DNA of 64,000 nucleotides from Minisyncoccota bacterium (GTDB lineage: Bacteria; Patescibacteriota; Minisyncoccia; JAHIHE01; JAGLIN01): contig JBAZUT010000002.1 of NCBI GenBank assembly GCA_041661265.1, positions 12,316-76,315 of the forward strand, given 5' to 3'. The notes under the pieces are model-generated. The model had not been told where the DNA came from. It worked only from the letters and a program-made list of their open reading frames with translations, and did no database searches. Below are positions 28,385 to 38,366 of the stretch, one piece after another. Every line of letters begins with the position of its first letter. Positions within the stretch are counted from its first letter, which is position 1. Both the position numbers and the translations under genes were made by a program.

Positions 28385-28460
28385 TGCGGTTTGGGCGGGA
28401 ATTTTGGGGAATTGGGAGAGGGTTGAGGGGAAGTTGGAGAGGGTGGAGAGATTGATAAGT
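28385..28460. repeat. ~80-bp GGAGAG-rich repeat, copy 2
   Basis: See 26620..26700. Confidence 0.7.
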
Positions 28461-28529
28461 AACAAGATGGAGAAAATAAAATAAAAAAGATAAGTAAAAC
28501 ATTACCTATCCCTGAATAAACACTCTGGT

Positions 28530-29066
28530 TTATTGCCTTGAAGACATCATTTGATGTCTTTTTGTTGTAATACAGCTTTTCCTTGAGCAAGAATCTCTCT
28601 CAGGATCATCTGTCTGAAAAGGTTCTCCACAGATACTGCATATTTTTGTAATTTTTTGTTTTCCTTCTGCCAATTTAACAAATTCAGCCATATGAATCAG
28701 TTGTTCTATATCATTATTTTTTTGAATTTGTTCTTTTGTATGTGCCTTTGTCCGCAACCTTCTATTTATTTCGTCTTGTCCGACTTTCCAGAGACATTGA
28801 CTGCAATGGAATACTTTCAGACCGCCTGAATGAGTATAACTGGTCGCTTTGGAGCCACATATCTCACAAGTTTTATCTTTTATCTCCGCCTCAAATTCCA
28901 GTGCTTCCTTTATTTCTTCTTTTGTCATCTCATGCATTTCATAATCTCTTTTTTTATAACTCCAGACTTCTTCGTATATTTTTCTATCCTTCAGCTTTAT
29001 CCCAGAAGAGATATCAACGATTTCTTCGTATTTACCTGTATTTTCGTCTTTTATGTAATTTGTCAT
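28530..29066 (-). CDS. Hypothetical zinc-ribbon protein (178 aa; CxxC...CxxC ×2)
   Basis: CEICGSK...HCSQC and CSICGE...CSRKSC cysteine pairs. Confidence 0.5.
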   Translation of the reverse strand: MTNYIKDENTGKYEEIVDISSGIKLKDRKIYEEVWSYKKRDYEMHEMTKEEIKEALEFEAEIKDKTCEICGSKATSYTHSGGLKVFHCSQCLWKVGQDEINRRLRTKAHTKEQIQKNNDIEQLIHMAEFVKLAEGKQKITKICSICGEPFQTDDPERDSCSRKSCITTKRHQMMSSRQ

Positions 29067-29324
29067 TTTATCCTCCTTTTATTCTATTTATTTTCTTCCT
29101 TGCGAAATAATTATAATAAATCATATTTATTACACTTGATCGGCAAGAAATATTTTTAAAGAACGATTTTCGACACGAATTATCATGACTGTACAATCTA
29201 GCAGCAATTATTGGCTTTGTCAAGGGCTTTATGCGAAAAATAAATGCGAAAAATAAAGCTCTAAATTCGTTCTCTGTACCAAAAATAACCTTTCAAATAA
29301 AAGGTTATCAATGCGGATGTATTT

Positions 29325-29420
29325 TTGTTTCATGCTACAAGTTCCATGTTTCACGTTGCGTAACTCAAGTTTTACGTTTTATGTTTCGTGTTTCATGTTA
29401 CAAGTTCCATGTTTCATAAT
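29325..29420. repeat. Two 28-bp direct repeats (tttcatgYtacaagttccatgtttcaYR) separated by a ~35-bp related spacer, followed by a tRNA-3'-end-like cttgtcggggcggcgaga
   Basis: Seen in the sequence. A related motif lies at 28296-28365 and next to the tRNA at 30076-30116. Confidence 0.65.
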
Positions 29421-30116
29421 CTTGTCGGGGCGGCGAGAATGTATTATGCATAATAAAAAAAACCGGAAATTGGTTTTTTCCAATCCGGTTTAATTAATAG
29501 GGAAACACCCTACCAAACTGCACCAACCGGCTATCAGCCAATTAGCAATTAGACCTATAATCAGGAAGGCAATAAAAAGCCAAAACAATTCCCAAAATGT
29601 GGGCATGGGGTAATAACCCACACCAGGTCTTGTATGAGGAGCTTCTTCGCGGCACCGACATTTACAATTATCCCTTGACATATCTACTCCTTCTTGTAAT
29701 TTGTGCTTTGATAATGCTATTTTCAAATTCGATCCAGTTTAGATTATTATCTCTATTTTCAATGAACTTCATTTTGATTCCCCCTCTTCTTAATAATCCT
29801 ATTAAGATTTTGTGTTTCAAATATACCACATTTCCGCTTTATGTCAATTACGGCAATTTTTATGAAACTCTATTTATTTTTCTAATTAAACTTATCCGCA
29901 AAGATAAAATGGTAATAGCATTCACAAAAAAACAGCCTTCAAAAGCCATTTTCTTATTGTCCCGTGTTTTACGTTTATTTTCGAATGTTGTAATTTTTCG
30001 ACAGTCGTCTGATATTTACAACAATAATATCCCATCACACGTCCCAATCCTCATCTCGGCAAGCTGATCTTGAATTCCTGTTACAAGTTTTAAGTTATAC
30101 GTTTTGAGTCTTTTCT

Positions 30117-30189
30117 GTCGGGGTGCCGAGATTCGAACTCGGAATCCCTTGGTCCCAAACCAAGTGCGATAGCCGTTACGCCACACCCC
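30117..30189 (-). tRNA. tRNA-Pro (anticodon TGG)
   Basis: Reverse complement CGGGGTGTGGCGTAACGGCTATCGCACTTGGTTTGGGACCAAGGGATTCCGAGTTCGAATCTCGGCACCCCGA folds as a cloverleaf. The acceptor stem CGGGGTG/CACCCCG is 7 bp. The anticodon loop TTTGGGA gives anticodon UGG. The T-loop is TTCGAAT. Confidence 0.85.
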
Positions 30190-30408
30190 GGGGTCATATA
30201 TTTATGTTAAGCAAGTACCTTCGGAACATTATCTGCAGTGTGATATAAGACATTACATCTATTTCTCAAATTTCCAATGTCTAATTTCAAATTTTTAATA
30301 AATGTCTAATGTTCTAATATCAAAATAATATTGAATCTCGCTTACCCATCAATTACTTTCTAATGATATATTAAAGCGAGAAAATGTCAATTATGAAAAG
30401 AGAAGGCA

Positions 30409-30687
30409 TTATTTGCCTTGCTCATTCAATTGAAACTCCTTTTCTTTCTGCTCGATCTCTCTGTCAAATTCCCTTAGCAAGGCCACTGAAAGATCAAGTT
30501 GAGCATCCGCCGCGACAAAAGCCGCAAGCAAAGCCGCACCGGCAAATGTATAAACCGCCGTTTTGTATACACCAGTGAAATAATTCAAACCTATCGCGGC
30601 CGCCACAAGCAGCAAAAATACGCACATCAATTTCTTCACCGTAGTTCTTGTTTCCTTTTCTTTCGCCTTATATTCCAGACTTATCAT
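30409..30687 (-). CDS. Small hypothetical membrane protein (92 aa)
   Basis: Two hydrophobic helices. Confidence 0.4.
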   Translation of the reverse strand: MISLEYKAKEKETRTTVKKLMCVFLLLVAAAIGLNYFTGVYKTAVYTFAGAALLAAFVAADAQLDLSVALLREFDREIEQKEKEFQLNEQGK

Positions 30688-30771
30688 GCAAACACCTCCG
30701 ATCTATATTTGCAACTTTATATTATACACAAAATACTGAAATTGTCAATGAAAAAAGACCGCCATGGCGGC

Positions 30772-31350
30772 CTAGCCTCGAAGGAGCATTTTGCCCTTCA
30801 TTCTCTCCATTGATACAGCTATTTCTTCCTCCATAAAACCCTCTTGCTTGAGTTTTTTTTCGATAGTTTCGATCCTGGGTTTCCTGCCTTTTTTTACGGC
30901 AGAATAAACTTTTAGAAGTCCTATGCATCTTCGGATCCTTGAGAGTTTTTCAAACTCTGCCGCGATACCGACAGCAGCGCCCGCCAAAAAAGGCTCCACT
31001 GATTCTTCTTTCACCAGCCTCCCGGCGATCTCTTCCATTCTTTCCCCTCTCGCAAGAGCTTCTCTGCACTTTCTGATCTGCATGTCTTGAGCATAGTTTA
31101 GCTTGCAATCGAAAAGATTGGACAGATCGCCCTTGAGCGTAAAAGGTATTTTCTTATGAAGATCGCTGAGGAACAGCTTTGTCGCGTTGCTTCCGAGAGA
31201 CAAAAATCTTTCGTCATCCAAATTCCTTAGAAGGTCCGAAAGAGAAAACTCCCTCCCTGACTTCCGAATAATATATTCAGAAGATCTTTTTATTGCGTGA
31301 TCCCAGTCGTCGCCCATGAATTCTTTTGATACCGTGATATTATTTTCCAT
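30772..31350 (-). CDS. Hypothetical protein (192 aa)
   Basis: Intact ORF. No recognised motif. Confidence 0.45.
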   Translation of the reverse strand: MENNITVSKEFMGDDWDHAIKRSSEYIIRKSGREFSLSDLLRNLDDERFLSLGSNATKLFLSDLHKKIPFTLKGDLSNLFDCKLNYAQDMQIRKCREALARGERMEEIAGRLVKEESVEPFLAGAAVGIAAEFEKLSRIRRCIGLLKVYSAVKKGRKPRIETIEKKLKQEGFMEEEIAVSMERMKGKMLLRG

Positions 31351-31496
31351 TTTCTATCTGCCTCCGATCTTTCCATGTCTTTTTGAATGATCATTCATTC
31401 TATATTTTATGTTAGCTTAATTTCCGCTGATGTCAATATTCCCCTTTTTTATGCCGATCATTTTACTATTAACATATAATGCTATAAAATACAGCT

Positions 31497-32024
31497 ATGG
31501 ACGACTATGTGAAATTAGCCAAGAATGCCATAGAAACACACATAAGAACCGGAAAGATAATTGAAGTGCCCAAGGGCCTGCCGGAAGAGTTTTATAATGT
31601 GCAAAAGGGAGTATTTGTCACGATATATACGAAAAAAGACAACGGAAAAGAACTGCGCGGCTGCATAGGCACCTTCCGGCCGACAAAAGACTGCGTTGCG
31701 CAAGAGATCATCGATAACGCCATTTCCTCGGCCATACACGACTACAGGTTCAGCCGGATATCCGCGGACGAACTTTCGGATCTTGAATATGAAATCAGTC
31801 TTCTAAACCCTCCGGAAGCGATCGACTCGACCAAACGCCTTGATCCGATTAAATATGGCGTGATTGTAAAAAGCAAAGACGGAAGGACAGGACTTCTTCT
31901 CCCGGATATAGACGGCGTCGAAACCCCCGAACATCAGATCTCCATCGCCTGCCAAAAAGCAGGAATTGATCCGGGATCAGAAAAGATACACTTATACAGA
32001 TTTACAGTTGAAAAACATAAATAG
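31497..32024 (+). CDS. AMMECR1-domain protein
   Basis: Hallmark RGCIGT motif (ELRGCIGTFRP). Length and the LLPDI motif are typical. Confidence 0.75.
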   Translation: MDDYVKLAKNAIETHIRTGKIIEVPKGLPEEFYNVQKGVFVTIYTKKDNGKELRGCIGTFRPTKDCVAQEIIDNAISSAIHDYRFSRISADELSDLEYEISLLNPPEAIDSTKRLDPIKYGVIVKSKDGRTGLLLPDIDGVETPEHQISIACQKAGIDPGSEKIHLYRFTVEKHK

Positions 32025-32029
32025 TAAAT

Positions 32030-32250
32030 TTGATATTGAATATTGGATATTAAATCTAGGACTTACGCGTTTGCTTCTTTTTGTCATTCTGAATGAAGCG
32101 AAGCGTAATGAAGAATCCCGTTGAATAGCAATATTCTTTTTAATGGACGAGATCCTTCGACTGCGCCCTGCTGGGCTTCGCTCAGGATGACATCAAACGC
32201 GTAAGTCCTAAAATCTTAATATTCAATTTCCAATATCCAATATTTTATAT
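32030..32250. repeat. MITE-like intergenic element with nested terminal inverted repeats
   Basis: - Outer repeats: attgaatattggatatt ... aatatccaatatt.
- Middle repeats: ggacttacgcgtttg ... caaacgcgtaagtcc.
- Inner repeats: gtcattctgaatgaagcgaagc ... gcttcgctcaggatgac. Confidence 0.7.
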
Positions 32251-32254
32251 TCGC

Positions 32255-34234
32255 ATGAAAGACAAAATTATAATCGCAGATGTCATTCCAGCCGCCAAAT
32301 TGCCGAAAGAAGTTTCGCAATTTTTTAGCTATGCGGTTCCCGCAGAGTTTGAAGGAAGGATCAAAAAAGGCTCGATCGTCAAAATACCCTTGCGCAAGAA
32401 AAATATCGCCGGGGTTGTTTTTGATCTTCACAAGAAAGATGCAACGGAGATAAAATATGCGTTAAAGGATATAAGCGGATTTTTCGAAGATTGCTCCGAG
32501 CTTCCGCCTCAGCTTATCGAGCTTTCGGAATATGTTTCATCATATTATCACTCGCCTATCAGCCTCATCATAAAAACGATACTTCCCGAAACCACGAAGA
32601 ACAAGTCCCGGAAAGATGTGCATCTGAACGGAAACGTGCACATAGATGGAATACCGGAGGATAAACTGAAAGGGATACCTTCCGATTTGAAATCCAAAAA
32701 CCTGCTGATCCATGATCAAGGCTCCGGACGGCATCGCCTGTACTTGGAGATCATAAGGAAGCTCAGGACGGAAAACGGACAAGCCCTTCTTCTGTTTCCT
32801 GAATATTTCGACATATATAATTTCTCTTCGTTCTATATAAACGCTCTTGGAAGGGAGAATGTTTCCATTCTCACAAGCGACATCACCGAAAATCTGTATT
32901 ATCAGGAATGGAAAAAGGTCATGGACGGCAAAGCGAAGCTCGTGATAGGAACGCGCCAGGCGGTTTTCGCGCCATTCAAAGACCTGCGCCTCGTGATCGC
33001 AGACAGCGAACACAGCTCAAGCTACAAGCAATGGGACATGAATCCGAGATACAATGCGACGAATGTTTGTGATAAGCTTTCCTCGATCTGGAACGCAACT
33101 CTCGTGCTTTCCTCCCCGTCGCCTTCAATCGAAACTTTTTATAAAACAAAGAATGGAAACCTTGCCGCAATAAATATCGCGGAAAATTCTCCTGAAAAAC
33201 AATACACTATCATCGACATGAAAATGGAACGTGAAAGAAAGAACTTTTCCGTTTTTTCGGAAAAATTGAAAGAGGATCTTTTGGACGCGATCTACAAGAG
33301 AAAACAGGCAGTGATATTCATACCGAAGTTGGGCCTTAATACGGTCACAAAATGCAAAGACTGCGAATATATGGCGCACTGCGAAGATTGCAAGACCCTT
33401 CTCTTGTCTTTCAAGGACAATCTCTATTGCTCGCACTGCAAGAAAAAATTCGACCTCATGAAGAAGTGCCCGAAATGCGGAGGTCAGAACATTTCATCTT
33501 TCGGCTATGCGATCGAAACGGTTGAAAAAGAGATCAGAAGCATGTTCTCGGATAAGAACATAAAGATATCCCGCCTCGACAGCACCACCGCGGAAAACAG
33601 ATCGCGGCAGAAAAAGATCTATGAAGATTTTACAGAGGGTAAGATCGAAATTCTCATCGGTACTCAAATGGCGATCAAGAATTGGAATCTTGAGAATCTC
33701 TCCCTTGTTGCGATCCTGTTTCCCGAGATCTTCTTCAATCAGCCGGACTTCAGATCGCGAGAAAGGTCCTTTCAATTCCTTTTGGGCCTGAAGAACGAAG
33801 CAAGCGCATCGCGCCAGATCGTCATCCAGACATTCAATAAGGAAAACGACGCATTCCTGACGCTAGAGGGCGATAACATTATGGATTTCTATGAAAAAGA
33901 ACTTCAATTCAGAAAAAGCGCATCGAAGATCGGATATCCCCCATTTTCAAGTCTTATAAAGCTCATATACAAAAATGAGGACAGGATCAGATGCAAAAAA
34001 GAAGCTTCGGAGCTTTTTGATTTGATCTATAAAAAAATAAACTCCGAAAAAGAGCTCAGCGATAATTTTGAAATCATCAGGCCTTATCCTGCGCAAAGCT
34101 TCAGAGAGCATGGCAAATTCAAATATTATATAGTGATAAAATGCGCTTCAGGCGACATCGCGAAAAGAGATATCGTTCTCAATGAAGTAAAAAAAGACTG
34201 GATCATTGATATTGATCCAGATAGCTTGCTATGA
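32255..34234 (+). CDS. priA: Primosomal protein N' (PriA)-like helicase with four CxxC zinc-binding motifs; divergent Walker A/B
   Basis: N-terminal 3'-DNA-binding-like segment, a helicase core and a CxxC...CxxC...CxxC...CxxC zinc-binding region. Walker A reads GSGRHR and Walker B reads DSEH, both non-canonical. Confidence 0.7.
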   Translation: MKDKIIIADVIPAAKLPKEVSQFFSYAVPAEFEGRIKKGSIVKIPLRKKNIAGVVFDLHKKDATEIKYALKDISGFFEDCSELPPQLIELSEYVSSYYHSPISLIIKTILPETTKNKSRKDVHLNGNVHIDGIPEDKLKGIPSDLKSKNLLIHDQGSGRHRLYLEIIRKLRTENGQALLLFPEYFDIYNFSSFYINALGRENVSILTSDITENLYYQEWKKVMDGKAKLVIGTRQAVFAPFKDLRLVIADSEHSSSYKQWDMNPRYNATNVCDKLSSIWNATLVLSSPSPSIETFYKTKNGNLAAINIAENSPEKQYTIIDMKMERERKNFSVFSEKLKEDLLDAIYKRKQAVIFIPKLGLNTVTKCKDCEYMAHCEDCKTLLLSFKDNLYCSHCKKKFDLMKKCPKCGGQNISSFGYAIETVEKEIRSMFSDKNIKISRLDSTTAENRSRQKKIYEDFTEGKIEILIGTQMAIKNWNLENLSLVAILFPEIFFNQPDFRSRERSFQFLLGLKNEASASRQIVIQTFNKENDAFLTLEGDNIMDFYEKELQFRKSASKIGYPPFSSLIKLIYKNEDRIRCKKEASELFDLIYKKINSEKELSDNFEIIRPYPAQSFREHGKFKYYIVIKCASGDIAKRDIVLNEVKKDWIIDIDPDSLL

Positions 34235-34386
34235 ATCGCGATGCGATTCCTTTTTATTTTTTATAAAAATTCCGATCGCAGACAATGCCAGCGCCGCTGC
34301 GATGAATTCATAAGGAAATGGATTCATCGTAAGCATCGATGCGGCAAAAAATGCCAGTGCCGTCAGATACAGCCTCTTCTTCAGCG

Positions 34387-35184
34387 TCATTGGCCGCCTT
34401 CCTGGCCGGGAATATTCAGATCCTGATTCGAAGCATAGTTCATATAAACGTGAACATGCGATTTCCTGACCCTGTCGCTTGTCCGAAGATTCGAAAGCAA
34501 TTCAAAATGCTTGTAAAATCTCTCATATCCTGGATAAAAAAAGAAGGTGTCCAAATATCTTACGATATTTTCTTTTTTTATGTTGAAATCTTTCATGAGA
34601 TCATTCGGAATTATCGGTTCATCGTTTTCTTTCAGTCTTGCTATTTTTCCAAGATCTACCCCTGAGACTGCGTCTCTTCCGCTGAATATCGAAACCATCG
34701 AGAACATATCGATTATATCGATCTTATAGCCATTCGTGAATTCCCGCTTGTTGTCCAATATCCAGTCGAGTTTTCTCAGCACTTCCATCGGAGTAAAATC
34801 GCCTGCGAAAACTTTGTTGTGGTTTTGATGCATGAAATTGGGCATTGAGATCACGAGATCGAAATCCATTTCGACCGAAACGCTTTTCAGCTTGTTTATT
34901 TGCGATTTATCACGCCCGTTCTTTATATAGATCTTCACTTGCGAAGACAAGGTTTGCGGAACGAAATGATGGCATCCTGTCCTTTCGAGGCTGATCCCGA
35001 CCTTTTGAAGCTTTTCGATATGCTTCAATGAAACGACATAGTACTTGATGTCTATATCATCCCTTTTTTCGACGTAATGTTCAATTTTTTCCGCCATTTC
35101 GGATCTGTTTCTGGAAACTATGATACACGCATAAAGGCGGTATCCATTTCTTGTAGAATTACCCTTTCCGTTTTCTTTCTTCAA
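34387..35184 (-). CDS. Hypothetical protein (265 aa)
   Basis: Intact ORF. No recognised motif. Confidence 0.45.
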   Translation of the reverse strand: MKKENGKGNSTRNGYRLYACIIVSRNRSEMAEKIEHYVEKRDDIDIKYYVVSLKHIEKLQKVGISLERTGCHHFVPQTLSSQVKIYIKNGRDKSQINKLKSVSVEMDFDLVISMPNFMHQNHNKVFAGDFTPMEVLRKLDWILDNKREFTNGYKIDIIDMFSMVSIFSGRDAVSGVDLGKIARLKENDEPIIPNDLMKDFNIKKENIVRYLDTFFFYPGYERFYKHFELLSNLRTSDRVRKSHVHVYMNYASNQDLNIPGQEGGQ

Positions 35185-35358
35185 GCAATTGCCTCCTTAA
35201 TGTATATTTTAAAAGAACAGGAAACATCCTCCTTGTTCTTTTGTTTTCTGATAATAAAAACTTTTTTGTTTTATGTTTATATTCTACCATTAGATATGAA
35301 AAAGTCAAAACCGGCCGGAAATATCCGGCCGGCGCTTTGCGAGTTTGCATGAAACGTT

Positions 35359-36462
35359 CTATCTTTCCCTTTTTCCCGCAATAAATTCTTCCAGCATCTC
35401 TCTGGCTTTCGCATCGGTGTATTGTTTGTAGGGAAATTTCATGAAATATGCACTGGCGGATTCCAGGACTCCGCCCACGCCCCTGTCCAATGCCAGCTTT
35501 GCGCACCTTATGGCATCAACAGCCACTCCGGTCGCGACAGACTTGTCTTCAACGTCCAGCTTCACATCAAGGAAGATCGGAACTTCTCCGAACGACCTTC
35601 CCTCGATCCTGATATTTGCGATCTTCCTGCTCTTCAGCCATGGCACATAATCGCTGGGGCCGATATGGATATTATCGTCTTCCAGCCTCTCCGACATCTG
35701 ACTCTGCACGGTCTCGGTTTTGCTGATCCTTTTGAACTTGAGCCTTGAATGTTCCAGCAGATTCAGGAAGTCGGTATTTCCTCCGAAGTTCAGCTGATAC
35801 ATTCTGTCCACTTTGCCTCCCCTTTCCTTGAAAAGATTCGCAAGCACTCTGCTAAGAATGGATGCGCCAAGCTGGCCCTTGTTGTCGTCTCCCATGATCG
35901 GAAGCCCCGCATCCTCGAATTTCTTGATCCAGCCGTCATCGGACGCTATGAATTCCGGAATAAAATTAATAAAAGCGCACTTGGCTTTTATGGCTGATTC
36001 CGCATAGAATCTTGATGCCTGAAAGCTTCCCACGGGAAGATAATTCAGGAGAATATCCACGTTGGCCTTTTTCAATTCCGACACTACATCGACATCTTTT
36101 TCTTTGGACACTTCAACCTTCGTTCCGAGATATTCGCCAATCCCGTCCAGCACGGGCGCTTTCTGCACCCTTATTCCCATCTCTTTGACATTCGCAATCC
36201 TGACGGTGTTTGTCGTATTCGGATCAAAGATGGCCCTGGACACATCCTTTCCGACCTTGTCCTTGTTTACGTCGAAAGCCGCCACGACCTTGATGTCGGA
36301 AATTTTATATCCGCCCAGATCAGGATGCATCAATCCGATATTTTTTTTCTTCTCTCTATAAAACTCAATGCCCTGAACGAGCATTGACGCGCAATTCCCC
36401 ACCCCGGCTATTGCGATCCTGATCTCTCTTTTGTCTTTCTGTTTTTTTGTTTTTGTTTTCAT
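35359..36462 (-). CDS. ino1: myo-Inositol-1-phosphate synthase (bacterial/archaeal short type)
   Basis: Rossmann N-terminus IAIAGVGNCASMLVQGIEFY. The length (367 aa) and central motifs fit the MIPS family. Confidence 0.75.
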   Translation of the reverse strand: MKTKTKKQKDKREIRIAIAGVGNCASMLVQGIEFYREKKKNIGLMHPDLGGYKISDIKVVAAFDVNKDKVGKDVSRAIFDPNTTNTVRIANVKEMGIRVQKAPVLDGIGEYLGTKVEVSKEKDVDVVSELKKANVDILLNYLPVGSFQASRFYAESAIKAKCAFINFIPEFIASDDGWIKKFEDAGLPIMGDDNKGQLGASILSRVLANLFKERGGKVDRMYQLNFGGNTDFLNLLEHSRLKFKRISKTETVQSQMSERLEDDNIHIGPSDYVPWLKSRKIANIRIEGRSFGEVPIFLDVKLDVEDKSVATGVAVDAIRCAKLALDRGVGGVLESASAYFMKFPYKQYTDAKAREMLEEFIAGKRER

Positions 36463-36974
36463 ATTATTTTATATAAAATATTGATTAGCCGCTGGAATAA
36501 TTATACATCAAAGTAATTTATGGAACAAACGGATCACTTATGCACAGCCAATTTCATAAAATGTATTGACTATATATTATTTTTCAGTAAAATGATGAAA
36601 GCACCTTAAATCGGCTTTACAAAATTAAAGCATTTTCGGTGTCAGAAAAGATACAAAAAGAGGAAATAACATGGCAAGAAATTTTACAGACGAAGAAGAA
36701 ACAGATAGACAAAAGAGAAACATATTTAGGTGTGCTCTATCGCACATCAGTGCGATCATTGTCGCGGCTGATGGTACGATGGGAGCTTTTATACACAAAG
36801 CATTCACTGGAAACAGTAATCCACCGCTGTATATTTCCTAAAGTGCGATATCTTTTCGGGAGGGGTCCAAAAAGACCTCCTCCTCAACTATTTTTTTTAT
36901 CAACGGCATGCGCTGTTTTTTTTGTTCGCCTTTGCCGGATAGTTCAGACATAAATACGGATGATATAAACAAAA

Positions 36975-37080
36975 GAAATAGCCCCGCAATGCCTCGGCTG
37001 AACAAGACGGGTTCGGGAAGAATTCCGCCGAGGCACCGCGAATGAACTCGCGGTGTTTCATTCATGAAAGAAATATTGCT
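36975..37080 (+). promoter_or_regulatory. Tandem hairpins upstream of the DsbD-like gene (possible leader or terminator structures)
   Basis: Hairpins gcctcggc...gccgaggc and caccgcga...tcgcggtg, then the palindrome tttcattcatgaaa. Another hairpin with a T-run (ggaggggtcc aaaaa gacctcctcc ...ttttttttatc) lies at 36862-36900. Confidence 0.3.
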
Positions 37081-37132
37081 TATTGATTGATAATAAGATA
37101 GTATTAAAAAGAACTAAATATATACACAAACT

Positions 37133-38353
37133 ATGAGAATCACGTCTTTATTATTCGCATTTCTGACCGTCTTCTCGCTTTTTATCGGAAACGGCGCCTC
37201 GGCCCAGCAAACCCCTGAGGCGCAAAAAACGCGGGTTGTATATTTTTATTCCGTCGATTGCCCGAAATGCCAGATCATAAAACCTTTCCTTGAGCAGGTC
37301 AAGAAAGATTATGCCGGCAGAATCGAGTTCCTTGAACATGACGTAAAGGAAAAAGAGGAATGCAGACAGCTTTTCTATAATTTCATACAAAAATATAACG
37401 TCCCGGATAAAGAAGCGGGAACCCCTATTGTTTTTGTCGGAAATAAATATTTCGCAGGACCTTCGGATATCGAAAATGGCCTTAATAACAAATTAGAGGA
37501 AGTGCTCAACAGTAAAGAAGATCTGCTTTTTGACTGCCATGAATTTCTGGACAAATGGCCGAATGTCCAGAAAATAGATTTTCTGGGCGGCGGCGGAGGC
37601 GGAGAAGTCTGCGGGATCGATTCTGAATTCTGCCCTATACAAAATAACGGCGCTCAGAAAAAAGTATCCCTGGCCATGATCGTCACGACCGCCGCAATAG
37701 ACTCGATCAATCCTTGCGCCATTGCCGTGCTTATTTTCTTGATTACCATTCTTGTCTCACTAAAAGCGACAAAAAAACGCATGGTCGTGATAGGTCTTTT
37801 CTATATAGGAGCAGTTTTTGTGACATACTATCTTGCGGGACTTGGAATAATGAGGATAATAACCCAGTTCAGCATTGCAAAAGAGATCGGTACTATTGCC
37901 GGATTGATCGTGCTCTTTGCAGGCTTTCTTGAAATAAAAGAAGGGCTGTTCCCCGCCGGAAAACAGCTCCTTCGCATTCCGGAAAACACAAAACCTATCT
38001 TCTCAAAGTTCCTGAAAAAAGGCACGATACCGTCAGTGATCATTGCCGGGATCCTGGTTTCGGCCTTCGAGCTGCCATGTACCGGCCAGGTCTATCTTGC
38101 GATCCTAAGCATGCTGAGCGGCGAAGAACTTCAGGCGCAAGGCTATTTCTATCTCTTTATCTATAATCTGATCTTCGTCCTCCCGCTCCTGGTCATCCTG
38201 CTTATTGCCGCCTGGGGTTTTGACATCAAAAAAATGGACAGCATGAGAAAGAACACCAGAATGCATATAAAACTTGCCATGGGAATTATCATGATAGTTT
38301 TGGGATTATTCCTGCTCTTCCAGGACAAGTTCTATTCCATGCTCGGGATATGA
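37133..38353 (+). CDS. Thiol:disulfide interchange protein, thioredoxin-like domain (CPKC) fused to CcdA/DsbD transmembrane domain
   Basis: Signal peptide and a thioredoxin-like domain with CPKC. The C-terminal 6-TM domain has the two conserved Cys (NPCAIAVL, ELPCTGQV) typical of CcdA/DsbD. Confidence 0.75.
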   Translation: MRITSLLFAFLTVFSLFIGNGASAQQTPEAQKTRVVYFYSVDCPKCQIIKPFLEQVKKDYAGRIEFLEHDVKEKEECRQLFYNFIQKYNVPDKEAGTPIVFVGNKYFAGPSDIENGLNNKLEEVLNSKEDLLFDCHEFLDKWPNVQKIDFLGGGGGGEVCGIDSEFCPIQNNGAQKKVSLAMIVTTAAIDSINPCAIAVLIFLITILVSLKATKKRMVVIGLFYIGAVFVTYYLAGLGIMRIITQFSIAKEIGTIAGLIVLFAGFLEIKEGLFPAGKQLLRIPENTKPIFSKFLKKGTIPSVIIAGILVSAFELPCTGQVYLAILSMLSGEELQAQGYFYLFIYNLIFVLPLLVILLIAAWGFDIKKMDSMRKNTRMHIKLAMGIIMIVLGLFLLFQDKFYSMLGI

Positions 38354-38366
38354 AAAAAAAGAGAAA

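Noticed and set aside
29325-29420. Possible CRISPR array (two 28-bp direct repeats with a ~35-bp spacer; a Cas4-like nuclease sits at 22455..23207)
   Set aside because: There are only two repeat copies, and the spacer is itself related to the repeat. No cas1/cas2 or other cas genes are present. The Cas4-like gene is 6 kb away in an unrelated context. The repeats belong to the tRNA-proximal motif family.
36639-36953. 104-aa plus-strand ORF in the mips-dsbD intergenic region
   Set aside because: The composition is low-complexity and it overlaps predicted hairpins and a terminator. Structured non-coding sequence is more likely.
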